A stretch of 64,000 bases of DNA from a plasmid. Below, one piece after another: positions 1-10,359 of the stretch. The DNA lies in the sequence record NZ_CP041325.1; one strand, written 5' to 3'. Numbering within the stretch: position 1 is the first letter of the stretch; each line of letters begins with the position of its first letter. The notes under the pieces were generated by a model that saw nothing but the letters and a program-made list of their open reading frames with translations, ran no database searches and was not told where the DNA came from. A program made the translations under genes and the position numbers.

Positions 1-953
1 GTCCGATTGAAGCGATATCCGGCATACGGAAATTCGTCCGGACACCACCGATTTCAACTGCCAGGGAAGATTGGCGAGGGAAAGACCCGACAAGGACTCC
101 GACATCGGTTGTCGTTCCGCCGACATCCACGACCAGTGCATCGGGGTGATCCGTCAGGTAAGCCGCTCCACGCAAGCTGTTGGTCGGTCCACAGGCAATC
201 GTCAATATCGGGTATTTCACTGTGTATTCAACTGACATCAGTGTCCCATCGTTCTGTCCAAAGAATACATCGGCATGGATGCCTTCTTTTTCAAGCGCTT
301 TGACGAAGCCGTCTGCTGTAGAACGGGCGACGTCTACAATCGCAGCGTTTAAAATCGTTGCATTTTCCCGCTCAAGCAAACCGACACTGCCGATTTCACT
401 GGAAAGAGAAATGACGGTCTCCTCACCCATAACTTCTTTAATAATGGCAGCGGCACGCAATTCATGGTCGACCGATACTGGTGAAAAGACAGAAGTGATG
501 GCAATTGAGTCAACTTTACCTTTTAATTCTTCAGCGATACGACGGATTTCCTGTTCATCAAGTGCGGTGATTTCACGGCCATCGAATTCATTTCCTCCAC
601 GCACGATATAAATATGCTTCCCAAGAATCGCTTTCAGGTCGTCCGGAACGCCAACAAGCGGTTTGATGGCCATTGTTGCCGGTGCGCCAATCCGGATTGC
701 AGCGACTTTATTGAGTCGTTTTCGCTCGACAATTGCATTCGTACAATGAGTTGTGCCAAGCATCGCATAACGAAATTGCTCTGTTGGTACACCGGAAGCT
801 GCCACCACTTTATTTAATGCTTCGTAAATTCCGGAACTGACATCCTCTGTCGTGGTTGCCTTTACTTCAGAAATCACATTGTATGATTCATCCAGAACGA
901 CGGCATCTGTATGTGTTCCGCCGACATCGATTCCAATACGGTAATTTGCCATC
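1..953 (-). CDS. hydantoinase/oxoprolinase-family protein, N-terminal about 317 aa (gene runs off the window start)
   Basis: Minus-strand translation from ATG at 951-953, with GGAGGAAG about 9 nt upstream, gives MANYRIGIDVGGTHTDAVVLDESYNVISEVKATTTEDV.... This is a typical N-terminal ATPase fold of hydantoinase-A-like proteins, the usual operon partner of DUF917. All plus-strand ORFs listed here (7..817) are shadow ORFs. Confidence 0.6.
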
Positions 954-2048
954 TTAAACTTCCTCCTTTACAAGCACTAATTCTTCAACTGGCTGGTATG
1001 GCGCGCTGTATCCAAAATATTCAGGGCCTGCGACCTCAATGCCTTTTGGTGTGCGCCATTTCGGATCGCACGGCATACCGATAACGAGGCAGCGTGCGCC
1101 ATAACGAAGGCCTTCGGTCGTAATCGGCATACCGGTTTCTGCATCAAGCACAGCAATCAAATCTGGCGTTACACATACGACTTGGCCGTCCACTTCCGCG
1201 AGCAAGTGCTCGTTTTGGAAATGAAGTTTGCAGGTCTTTCCAGTATTTGAACCGATGCCTTCGATTGAAGCGGTTCCTTTTGCAAAACCATCCTGCGTTT
1301 TTCGATCGATGTCTGTTACTTTTCCTTGGAACAGCTGATGGCCGTTCGTCAATTCAAGAATTTCATCAATTGGATGTTTGCTATTCTTTAATGCTGTCCG
1401 GATTCTGGCACCGATTTTCTCTTCAAGCGACAGGATGTGATGGATTGAAGATTTTTTCATTGTCTTTCCATCCATTTGATAGATGGCATTCATGACAGAA
1501 CCGCCCATCTCGATCGTTGCTTTCCGCGCAATGCGTTCAGCCCACACACTGTCAATGGTATTGAGCAGTAAGCTATTGCCTTTTTCATCAGATATGACCA
1601 TCGGAGTAGCAGAAACACCTTCCAAGTGGAAAGTAACCATCTGAAGTTCCGGGAAAGCCCGTCCCATACCATCTGCATCAATCACCGGAAGCCCAAGTCT
1701 TGCAGCTAGCGCGAGTGGCAGCATTGAGTTCACACCGCCTGCTTCAATTGGCATGGTAGCGTAAATTTTTTTGCCAAGGTACTCCTCAAGCGCTTTAAAC
1801 GCAGCTACAGCTTCATCACCATTTGGAATTTTTTCAACCATGACAGTCGGCGCACCCATCATCGCGGAAGGAACAACCAAGGCATCATCCGGTACTTCCT
1901 CAGGATCGAGTAGACGGATGGGGCCGTATTCTTCGACAGCCTGCAGGGCCATCAATTTCCCGATATACGGATCACCTCCACCCCCAGTACCAAGAAGTGC
2001 TGCACCGATTGCGATATTTTCAATTTCTTCTTTCCCAATTAATCTCAT
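954..2048 (-). CDS. DUF917 family protein (partner of hydantoinase-like protein)
   Basis: Intact 364-aa ORF MRLIGKEEIENIAIGAALLGTGGGGDPYIG.... Its stop abuts the start of the downstream hydantoinase-like gene and its start overlaps the stop of the permease, giving an operon layout. Confidence 0.65.
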   Translation of the reverse strand: MRLIGKEEIENIAIGAALLGTGGGGDPYIGKLMALQAVEEYGPIRLLDPEEVPDDALVVPSAMMGAPTVMVEKIPNGDEAVAAFKALEEYLGKKIYATMPIEAGGVNSMLPLALAARLGLPVIDADGMGRAFPELQMVTFHLEGVSATPMVISDEKGNSLLLNTIDSVWAERIARKATIEMGGSVMNAIYQMDGKTMKKSSIHHILSLEEKIGARIRTALKNSKHPIDEILELTNGHQLFQGKVTDIDRKTQDGFAKGTASIEGIGSNTGKTCKLHFQNEHLLAEVDGQVVCVTPDLIAVLDAETGMPITTEGLRYGARCLVIGMPCDPKWRTPKGIEVAGPEYFGYSAPYQPVEELVLVKEEV

Positions 2049-3389
2049 TGAATGTTCCTCCCTTGTTTAGCTACTAAAGCTGGTTGCTTAGATTCTTGGA
2101 ATGCTTTGCTGACAATCAGTTGAAGTCCGAAGGCAATCAGGAACGCGTCAAATCCTGAAGCTCCCGTCAGATTAAAGAGACCAAATCCGGTCGGGGCAGG
2201 GGTCGTCATAAAGGCGATCAAAGCTGATAGAACCCAGATTGACATGCCCAAGACGTTGACGTTTTTTTGCCGGTCCACTTGTTCGAATGTGTAATTTTTT
2301 CGATTTAGCAGGTAATCTGCCACGTAGATACCGCCAATCGGAGGGATCAGAACACTCAAAAACGATAAGAATGGAATGAAATGTTCATAGATTCCACCGA
2401 CAGCCATTCCTGTGCCAATGATTCCCGCAATAATCGTAAGGATGTATTTGGGTGTCTTCCGGAAAATAACCGAAAACCCGAGAGCTGAAGAATAAAGGTT
2501 GTTATCATTGGTCGTCCACTGCGCCAAGATCAGAATCAGCATAGCTCCTGTACCCCAACCAAGCCCCAACATAATGGAGACAATATCCACTTGAGAAGTC
2601 GCTTTTGCAAGTAAGGCAGCGGTCAGCAGGACAACACTGAAACCGACAAAAAATCCGACGAACGATGAAATGACAGCATCTTTCGGACTTTTTGCATAGC
2701 GAGCGATGTCAGGTCCGATAATAGCACCAACAGCGAGCGAGCCGATGATCAAAGAAATGGATACACCAATCGACAAAGGCTCAGTAGTCAATGGAGCTGC
2801 TGCGACATCCGAAAGCGACTGTCCGTTCATCACACGGATCAGAGATCCGATAAGCAAAAAGCGCGAGAAGCGGGACAGCGAGCAGACTAAGCTTTTCAAT
2901 CGCTTTAAAGCCGATAAAGGCGGTGGTCGTCATGAGAGCTCCGCCGATGATTACCAGTATTTTCCGGTCAACATCTAAGTTGAAAACGTCAAGAAGTATG
3001 GAACGCAAGCTGGAACCAAACAAATCTACTTGAACCCCGAACCAGCCAAAAAGCGAAATGGCGATAATGGCGGATACCGCATAAGAACCATATTTGCCAA
3101 GTGAGAACGTAGAGACAAATGACGTCGAAAGACCGGTTTTTGCACCGACGACTGAGCACAGGGCACTGACTACAGAGAGCAGAAAGCAGCCGATTAAAGT
3201 AGCGATAATGGTATGTGGCATGCTGAGACCAGCACCAAGCGCACCGCCTAAAGCTGTAGCGGAAAGGGCAATAATAGCGCCTATCCAGACGATGGATAAC
3301 CTGAACCAACCCTTACGTTTATCAGCTGGCACCGGCTCCCGTTCGTAATCCTGAATCAATTTTTTTCTCTTGTGTTTTCTCCATCTCAT
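2045..3389 (-). CDS. NCS1-family nucleobase (cytosine/purine/hydantoin-type) permease, split by one apparent frameshift
   Basis: Two overlapping minus ORFs (2781..3389 N-terminal part and 2045..2899 C-terminal part) together give about 448 aa. The product is a polytopic membrane protein with CodB-like N-terminus MRWRKHKRKKLIQDYEREPVPADKRKGWFRLSIVWIGAII.... The frames switch within 2781-2899. Confidence 0.6.
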
Positions 3390-3431
3390 TTCCCCCTCTA
3401 CTTTAAAAAATTTCTCCTAAGCAAGTGATAG

Positions 3432-4023
3432 TCAGACATAGGTTTTTGAAAGTTGATCGAACAAGGTATCAGTCATCTGGATTGCAAGTTTCACTTGTCC
3501 TTCCAAATATGAACTATCGTAAAGGTTGATTCCCCAGAATAAGCCATTTCCAAGCAAGACAAACTGTTTGATAAGTCGATCAACATCGTTTGAATCGATA
3601 GAGGGATAATCTCTGTGCAAAGCATTTTCTAACGAGCCGATAAGCCAGTCGTTAAATTCCAGCATATATTGTTGAAGGTGCGTCTTAATCTCTGGAATCG
3701 GAGCTGTCACGAGCGAGATATAAGAGGATGTCTCGATGTAATCCGAAGTGTGATGGTCAACGATTCCCTGGAGCATGGCAGAAAAAATTCGATCTACCGG
3801 TTCTTCCTGATGTTTCTCCAGCACACGACGCATGGCTTCATGGTGATTGTTTAAAATCTGTTGAAACATTTCAATAAACAAGGCTTCCTTGTTTTCGTAG
3901 AAAAAAGTAGATGGAAGCAGGCTTGATGCCGACTTCATCCGCTATCTTTCTCATCGTTGCTCCTTGATAACCATGCTTCGAATACAGAAGAAGTGCCGCT
4001 TTTAAAATTTCTTCCCGTGTCAT
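3432..4023 (-). CDS. TetR/AcrR-family transcriptional regulator (one-base indel in a T6 run)
   Basis: Start ATG at 4021-4023 with AGGTGG RBS gives N-terminus MTREEILKAALLLYSKHGYQGATMRKIADEVGIKPASIYFF (HTH). It joins the ORF-track frame ...YENKEALFIEMFQQ... if one T is removed from tttttt near 3940. Confidence 0.7.
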
Positions 4024-4139
4024 TTTTTCACCACCTAATAAGTGTTAGGTTGAAGTATAGTACGAAAAAAAGTATAAATCAACAAATTTTTTAGACAAAT
4101 TCGAATTATTGTAATATTGGAATTTACGAAAGGTTTTTA

Positions 4140-4278
4140 TTCCTATACTAAAAAATTATGTTGTTTAAAAATTTTTAAGCTTTACTTAGCTAGTTAAACG
4201 AAAGAAAAGATGGAGGAAACTAGGTTTAAAAAGAATATAAATAGTCCTCATTCGTGAATAGAATTCCTATACTAAAAA
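4140..4278. promoter_or_regulatory. pair of perfect 15-bp direct repeats TTCCTATACTAAAAA (4140-4154 and 4264-4278) in the 640-bp divergent TetR/DUF1177 intergenic region
   Basis: Read directly from the sequence. Their location between the divergent TetR gene and the DUF1177 operon suggests operator sites or a duplicated promoter element. Confidence 0.3.
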
Positions 4279-4663
4279 CCTTTTTTCGTCCTAACCCAAG
4301 GGAAAGAAGAAGAAAAGAAATCAGAAATCACAAATGCACGTCTTTTTTAAGGAGAGGAGGGGTTAAGAAAGAAATTATAAAATTAATTGCCATAGCTTAT
4401 GTTTTTAAAAGAGTGCTAGAAAATAAAATTTGCATCGAGAATTTTAATTGTTAATATAAAGGGGTGTTGGAGTGTTCCGAATTTTCTTTTCATTTGTTTT
4501 TTATTTTCTTGCTATAATACTTATTTTTTCTTTAAGAGCAGAAGAAAATTAAAGGAATGAGGTCTACGGAAGTAGTGCTGAAAAGCCTTCTAAAAAAGGA
4601 AATCGGCAAGTATGGAAATTAAATTTGTGAACTGTACTTAAATCATTTGAAGGAGTGGATTTT

Positions 4664-5602
4664 ATGTCTCTAAAATACACAATGGAGATTATGGAAATAC
4701 TGGATAACGCAAATGTTACTGGTGAAACGGTACAAAATATTTTTAAAGAATTTGAATACTGTGAAGCCAGTTATCAAACAATCCATGGCAACCAAGGCGC
4801 AACTGATTTTGTGAAAATCGTAATCAAGGGAACTGAGGGAAAGGTGAGCGGAGGAAATGCCCCTTCTTTAGGCATTATTGGGAGGTTAGGAGGCATAGGG
4901 GCACGTCCTTCCAAAATCGGGTTTGTTTCGGATGGTGATGGAGCTGTTGCAGCGATTACGTCTGCTTTGAAACTGGCGCATATGTCCGAGAACGATGACC
5001 GACTTCCAGGGGATGTTTATATTACGACCCATGTTTGCCCCCATGCTCCAATAATCCCTCATGAACCTGTTGACTTCATGGGATCACCGGTAGACATTCT
5101 TACCATGAATAAATACGAAGTACTGCCTGAAATGGAAGCTATTCTGTCCATTGATACGACAAAAGGAAATAAAGTGATTAATCATAAAGGAATCGCTATT
5201 TCTCCAACGGTAAAGTCCGGATATATTTTGAAGTTCAGCGAAGACTTGCTGCGAATTATGGAAGTGACTACAGGAGAGCTGCCGGTGACATTTGCTATTA
5301 CAACACAGGATATCACCCCTTATGGGAATGACGTATATCACCTCAACAGCATTCTTCAACCGGCTGTCGCTACACAGTCGCCTGTGGTAGGGGTTGCCAT
5401 AACCGCCAAATCGGCAGTTCCTGGATCAGGGACAGGTGCCAGCCACGAAGTCGATATTGCGCAAGCGGTGCGGTTTAGTATCGAAGTCGCGAAAGAATTT
5501 ACGCAACGCCAACTTAGTTTCTATGACCAAAAAGAATTCGAGCATCTGACGGATTTGTATGGCTCGCTTGAACATTTCCAAACAATGGGGAAAGAAAGTT
5601 AA
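4664..5602 (+). CDS. DUF1177-family conserved protein
   Basis: Intact ORF with ATG at 4664 (MSLKYTMEIMEILDNANV...) and AAGGAG 9 nt upstream. The family assignment is from recollection of the DUF1177/M24-peptidase/OPT gene neighbourhood. The ORF track starts at GTG 4655. Confidence 0.5.
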   Translation: MSLKYTMEIMEILDNANVTGETVQNIFKEFEYCEASYQTIHGNQGATDFVKIVIKGTEGKVSGGNAPSLGIIGRLGGIGARPSKIGFVSDGDGAVAAITSALKLAHMSENDDRLPGDVYITTHVCPHAPIIPHEPVDFMGSPVDILTMNKYEVLPEMEAILSIDTTKGNKVINHKGIAISPTVKSGYILKFSEDLLRIMEVTTGELPVTFAITTQDITPYGNDVYHLNSILQPAVATQSPVVGVAITAKSAVPGSGTGASHEVDIAQAVRFSIEVAKEFTQRQLSFYDQKEFEHLTDLYGSLEHFQTMGKES

Positions 5603-5741
5603 TGAAAAGCTGCAGGTCAATAAACTCATATCTTTGACCAGCCGAAGCTCTCAATGCTAAGCGGTTGTCCCAAAGAGGAAACCTTTTCTTCAGTAAGTTG
5701 AAAATGCAGGATTCCGAAGAAGAAGAAGGAGGTATTATATA

Positions 5742-6828
5742 TGTTTGAAGCACGGAAGAAAAAAGCTGGTGCAGGTATTAAAGAAAAAATGAGATAGGGG
5801 CTATTGTTCTCGTACCGGGACCGAACCTGTATTATTTTACAGGGTTAAAACTCAAACAAAGTGAACGGTTGACGTTGGCAGTTATAACGCAAGAAGCTGA
5901 AACATTTTTTGTTTCACCTCAAGTAGAACTGAGCAAGGTCGAGGAAACAGTAAACGACGATATTTTTTGGTATACCGACGAAGAAGGACCAAGTGGTGCC
6001 TTGTCCCAGTTAAAAAAAAGCAGTGGGAACGCTTGGTATTATCGGGGTCGAATATGATCAAATGAGAGTGATGGAGTTGAAGGCCGTAGAAGCTTTTGAA
6101 GCAGCGGTTGTGGATGGAAATGGGCTGATTAATAACTTAAGGATCTGTAAAGATGAACAGGAAATTGAGCAATTGCAACAGGCTGTCAACATCTTGGAAT
6201 CAAGTTTTGAAGCAGTGCTTCCATATATCAAACCCGGAGTAACGGAAGTTGAAATTGCGGCTCAATTGGAGTTTGAGATGAGAAAGAGAGGTTCTGAAGG
6301 AACACCATTTGGAACAATTGTTGCTTCTGGTGACAGAGGGCCAGTCCTCATGGACGTGCTAGCGAAAAGAAAATTCGTTCGGGAGAACTCGTTGTTATGG
6401 ATTTTGGTGCCATTGTTAATGGATATGTAGGAGATATTTGCAGGACTGTCGCCATAGGAACCGTTTCAACAGAGCTAAAAGAAATCTATGAAATAGTACA
6501 ACTGGCGCAACAGACAGCTCTCGATAGCGTCAAACCCGGCGTGACAGCTCATGAAGTTGACCAAGCTGCGCGCGAAGTCATTGAGAGCCATGGTTATGGA
6601 GAATATTTCACTCATCGTACGGGGCATGGACTGGGTTTGAATTCTCACGAAATGCCTTATCTCATGAAGAACAATGAAATGGTGCTTCTACCGGGAATGG
6701 CTTTTTCAGTAGAACCGGGTATTTATCTCCCGGACAAAGTGGGAGTGCGAATCGAGGATAATCTTATTATTACAGAGGATGGCTTTATCAACCTGATGTC
6801 GTTGCCAAAAGAGCTTCTGACTGTATAG
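5742..6828 (+). CDS. M24-family Xaa-Pro aminopeptidase/dipeptidase (PepP/PepQ-like), fragmented by at least three frameshifts
   Basis: N-terminus MFEARKKK... at 5742 is broken at an A6 run. Pieces 5869..6057, 6023..6430 and 6397..6828 carry pita-bread fold motifs (...GYVGDICRTVAIG..., ...HRTGHGLGLNSHEMPYL..., ...GMAFSVEPGIY...). Confidence 0.65.
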
Positions 6829-6842
6829 AGAGGGGTGCTGGT

Positions 6843-8069
6843 TTGGATACTGAGCAAAGCAGACAAGAGGGCGTTCTTCCGGGAGGGTATTCTTATATCA
6901 ATTCAGCGGCGGCTTCTCCTCCTCCTCAGCAAGTGGTCGACGCGATGGTGGACTATTTGCAAAAAACAGTGGACGTCGGACCGTATTTGCCGGCGTTCAG
7001 AAGCGAGGTTTACCGAAAAATCGATGAAACAAGAGAAAAAGCTGGAAGATTTCTTGGGGCAGATGCATCAGAAATTGCTTTTGTAAAAAATGGGACTGAA
7101 GGAATTAATTTTGTTGCTAATGGCCTTTCCTGGAAGGAAGGCGATGAAATCATATTGGCCGACATTGAATTTCATAGCAATTTTACGCCTTGGCTGAAAT
7201 TGAAGGATAAAGAAAAAGTGACCTTGAAAATTATCGAGACCGATCGATCGGGTGTAATCGATGTACAGCAGATTGAAAAAGAAATCACCGATCAAACCAA
7301 GCTGATAACGGTATCGCATTTGCCGAATGCTTCCGGAGCATTGCAAAAAATTGAGAGGATATGCAACGTGGCACGGAAGCATCAGGTGTTGACGCTCATT
7401 AATGCTTCCCAGACTTTAGGGTTGATTCCTATCAATGTGAAAGAGTTGGATTGTGATTTTTTGACCGGGTGCGGAAGAAAGTGGCTAAGAGGTCCGGAAG
7501 GCTCGGGACTTTTATATGTTAGAAAATCGCTAGTGGAATCGATCGAGCCTACTATTACGGGATGGGGAGGGACCGATTGGGATTTTGAAACAAATGAGTA
7601 TCGTTACATCCCAACGGCCAAAAGACTGGAAGCCGGATGCCCAATTGTTCCATCTATACTTGGACTAAATGCTGCAATCGATTATGCACAAGGGATCGGG
7701 GTAGAAAGCATACGGAAAAAAGTAGAAGCACTAACTCGTTATGCAGTGGCTCAACTTTCTTCAATTCAGGGCATCTCCATTTACGGACCAGAGGACATCG
7801 AAAATCGACTGGCAATTATTCCATTCAATGTTGCCGGCCTCCATCCTGATGAAATCACAAATTATTTAGAGGACCATAAAGTCATCATTGAATCGGGTAC
7901 TTTTATGGCGAACAAGCTGCTTCAACAATATGGTATTGATAAAATGGCAAGATTGTCTCCCCATTACTTTAATACAGAAGAAGATATCGATTTGGTGATT
8001 TCCCTTATAAAGTCTTTACAAAAGAAAAAGAAAAAACTAGCGTTATTCGGTGAATTAAAATCAAAATGA
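6843..8069 (+). CDS. class-V aminotransferase-fold PLP enzyme (cysteine desulfurase/kynureninase-like)
   Basis: Intact 408-aa ORF (TTG start, GAGGGG RBS) with ...TVSHLPNASGALQKIERICNVARKHQVLTLINASQTLGLIPINVKELDCDFLTGCGRKWLRGPEGSGLLYV..., typical of aminotransferase class V. Confidence 0.65.
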   Translation: MDTEQSRQEGVLPGGYSYINSAAASPPPQQVVDAMVDYLQKTVDVGPYLPAFRSEVYRKIDETREKAGRFLGADASEIAFVKNGTEGINFVANGLSWKEGDEIILADIEFHSNFTPWLKLKDKEKVTLKIIETDRSGVIDVQQIEKEITDQTKLITVSHLPNASGALQKIERICNVARKHQVLTLINASQTLGLIPINVKELDCDFLTGCGRKWLRGPEGSGLLYVRKSLVESIEPTITGWGGTDWDFETNEYRYIPTAKRLEAGCPIVPSILGLNAAIDYAQGIGVESIRKKVEALTRYAVAQLSSIQGISIYGPEDIENRLAIIPFNVAGLHPDEITNYLEDHKVIIESGTFMANKLLQQYGIDKMARLSPHYFNTEEDIDLVISLIKSLQKKKKKLALFGELKSK

Positions 8070-8224
8070 ACGATGAGAATAAGCTGCCAGAACCTGAATG
8101 CTACAGGGTACTGGTAAGCTTATTTTTTTGGACAAGTATAAGTTGTTGATCTTACTCTTTAAAAACGCCTTTGCTTATTAAGCAGCATACAGGAGCCAAG
8201 GTATAAGCTTGCCAACGAATAGTA

Positions 8225-8253
8225 TTGACAGTTTCGAATTGTTAAAATATTAT
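8225..8253 (+). promoter_or_regulatory. sigma-A-type promoter for the hyuAB operon (-35 TTGACA 8225-8230, 17-bp spacer, -10 TATTAT 8248-8253)
   Basis: Consensus -35 with correct spacing to a near-consensus -10, 58 bp upstream of the hyuA start. Confidence 0.5.
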
Positions 8254-8265
8254 AAACCTAATTAA

Positions 8266-8280
8266 GAACCAGTGGTTCTA
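8266..8280. promoter_or_regulatory. perfect 15-bp palindrome AGAACCAGTGGTTCT (GAACC-N-GGTTC) just downstream of the -10, candidate repressor operator
   Basis: Perfect inverted repeat read from the sequence. A second half-site TAGAACCAC follows at 8283-8291. It overlaps the predicted transcription start of the hyuAB operon. The spacing is N5, so it is not a LexA box. Confidence 0.45.
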
Positions 8281-8310
8281 TTATAGAACCACAAGAAAGG
8301 GTGCAACTTC

Positions 8311-10359
8311 ATGAGGATTGCGACAGATATCGGAGGAACTTTTACAGATTTAGTATACGTAGACGATAACGGTGAATTTGGATATGCGAAATCCCATACG
8401 ACCCCACCTCAGTTTGAAAATGGGGTAATTGACGTCATCAAAAAGAGCAAAGTGACCGTTGATGGGATTGATATGTTTATCCATGGCTCAACAGTCGTAA
8501 TCAATGCGTTAACTGAAAGAAAAGGTGTAAAAGTAGGGTTGCTTACGACAAAGGGTACGAAAGATGTCTTAGAAATTGCCCGGGGAAACCGTCCGGATTT
8601 ATATAACTTCAAATATCAAAAGCCTGAAGCCTTTGTTGAGAGGCATCTACGTTTTGAAGTGGAAGAGCGACTGGATTACAAAGGAAATGTTATTACGCCA
8701 TTAGTTCAAGCGGATATTGAAAGAGCGATTGATTATTTTAAAAAAGAACAGGTAGAAGCCATAGCGGTCTGCTATTTGCATTCTTACTTGAATACCGAGC
8801 ATGAGCGAAAAACAGCTGAAATCATTAAAGGTCTCTGGCCGCAAGTGTCTGTCAGTGTTTCGAGTGATATCACTAAAGAATGGCGTGAGTATGAAAGAAC
8901 GAATACGACGGTTCTTAATGCATATGTAAAACCGACAGCCAACTCCTATATCGACAAGTTATCCAATAAGCTGAGTGAATTTGATATCAAAGATAATCGC
9001 TATATCATGCAATCCAATGGCGGGGTTACCACGTTCGATAATGCTAAAAACATACCGATCAACATGGTGGAATCAGGACCAGTGGCGGGGATTTTCGGCG
9101 CGGCGATCCTTGGGAAAATGATTGGGGAAGAAAATATCATCGCCTTTGATATTGGAGGAACAACAGCAAAATGTTCATTGATTAATCAAGGTGAAGTGAA
9201 AGTGACAACAGACTATTATATCGAGAAGTCCGAAAAAACAGCGGGGTATCCCATTAAAGTCCCTGTTGTCGACATCGTCGAAATTGGGAATGGCGGAGGT
9301 TCGATTGCTTGGATTGATGAATTAAACTCGTTGAAAGTTGGTCCGGAATCGGCCGGAGCATTGCCTGGCCCTGTCGCCTATGGGCAGGGAGGGACACAAC
9401 CTACTACAACAGACGCAAATTTGTTTGTTGGGCGCCTCTCTGAAAAGAATTTCGATTATAAAGTTGATATGGAGCAAGTCAAAGCTGCCATTGATAAAAG
9501 TGTAGCGAAGCCTTTTGAAACGACTACGGAAGACGGCGCACTGGGAATCATTGACATTGCCAATTCCAATATGCTGAATGCTTTAAAACTCATCTCCGTA
9601 AGAAAAGGGTACGATCCGCAGGACTTTACACTGTTGGCATTTGGCGGGGGAGGGCCGATGCATGCAGCCGAACTCGCAAGGGATCTCGGAGTGAAAAAAG
9701 TGATTATCCCAGTCTCTCCTTCTGTATTCTCTGCTTGGGGAATGCTGATGACGGATTTACGGCATGACTATATCCATACGTACATCAAATTATTAAACAC
9801 CATGGATTTGGCAGAGATGAATGGCAAATGGCAGGAGATGGAACAGAATTCCATAGAGCAGTTCAGGAAAGAAAATGTAAGCAAGGAGAAGATTGTCTTT
9901 AATCGCTTTGCAGACTTACGTTATATCGGTCAAGAGCATACGGTGAAAGTGCCGGTACCAACTGATGAGTGGGACGAGCTAGACATCGTAAAGGTCATGG
10001 AACAATTCCACAATATGCATGAGCAGGTGTACTCCTTTAACTTGCCGGAAAGTGCAGTTGAAATTGTAAACTTGCATCTGACTAGTTTTGGCATCGTGGA
10101 TAAACCGGCTATTTCAGAAATGAAAGAGAGCGGAGCAGCTGTATCTGAAGCAAAAATCGAAGAACGCAATGTCTATTTTCATCAAATTGGCTGGTATAAG
10201 ACCCCAATATATGACCGAGCGAAATTGGCTAGAGGACATGAAATAGAGGGGCCGGCCATTATCGAAGAACAATCCGCTTCTACGGTCCTCATGGAAGGAC
10301 AAAAATTGTCGGTTGATGCTTTTGGGAATTTGATTATTGAAACTGGGGTGGAATCATGA
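8311..10359 (+). CDS. hyuA: hydantoinase A / N-methylhydantoinase A / 5-oxoprolinase subunit A family protein
   Basis: Intact 682-aa ORF MRIATDIGGTFTDLVYVDDNGEF... with the expected length and N-terminal ATPase motif of the HyuA/OplA family. Its stop is translationally coupled (ATGA overlap) to the next gene. Confidence 0.8.
   Translation: MRIATDIGGTFTDLVYVDDNGEFGYAKSHTTPPQFENGVIDVIKKSKVTVDGIDMFIHGSTVVINALTERKGVKVGLLTTKGTKDVLEIARGNRPDLYNFKYQKPEAFVERHLRFEVEERLDYKGNVITPLVQADIERAIDYFKKEQVEAIAVCYLHSYLNTEHERKTAEIIKGLWPQVSVSVSSDITKEWREYERTNTTVLNAYVKPTANSYIDKLSNKLSEFDIKDNRYIMQSNGGVTTFDNAKNIPINMVESGPVAGIFGAAILGKMIGEENIIAFDIGGTTAKCSLINQGEVKVTTDYYIEKSEKTAGYPIKVPVVDIVEIGNGGGSIAWIDELNSLKVGPESAGALPGPVAYGQGGTQPTTTDANLFVGRLSEKNFDYKVDMEQVKAAIDKSVAKPFETTTEDGALGIIDIANSNMLNALKLISVRKGYDPQDFTLLAFGGGGPMHAAELARDLGVKKVIIPVSPSVFSAWGMLMTDLRHDYIHTYIKLLNTMDLAEMNGKWQEMEQNSIEQFRKENVSKEKIVFNRFADLRYIGQEHTVKVPVPTDEWDELDIVKVMEQFHNMHEQVYSFNLPESAVEIVNLHLTSFGIVDKPAISEMKESGAAVSEAKIEERNVYFHQIGWYKTPIYDRAKLARGHEIEGPAIIEEQSASTVLMEGQKLSVDAFGNLIIETGVES

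Noticed and set aside
7-817. Plus-strand ORFs 7..303, 180..611 and 614..817
   Set aside because: They lie antisense to a well-supported minus-strand hydantoinase-like gene with an RBS and a translationally coupled partner. Their translations are low-complexity Ser/Arg/Pro-rich shadow ORFs.
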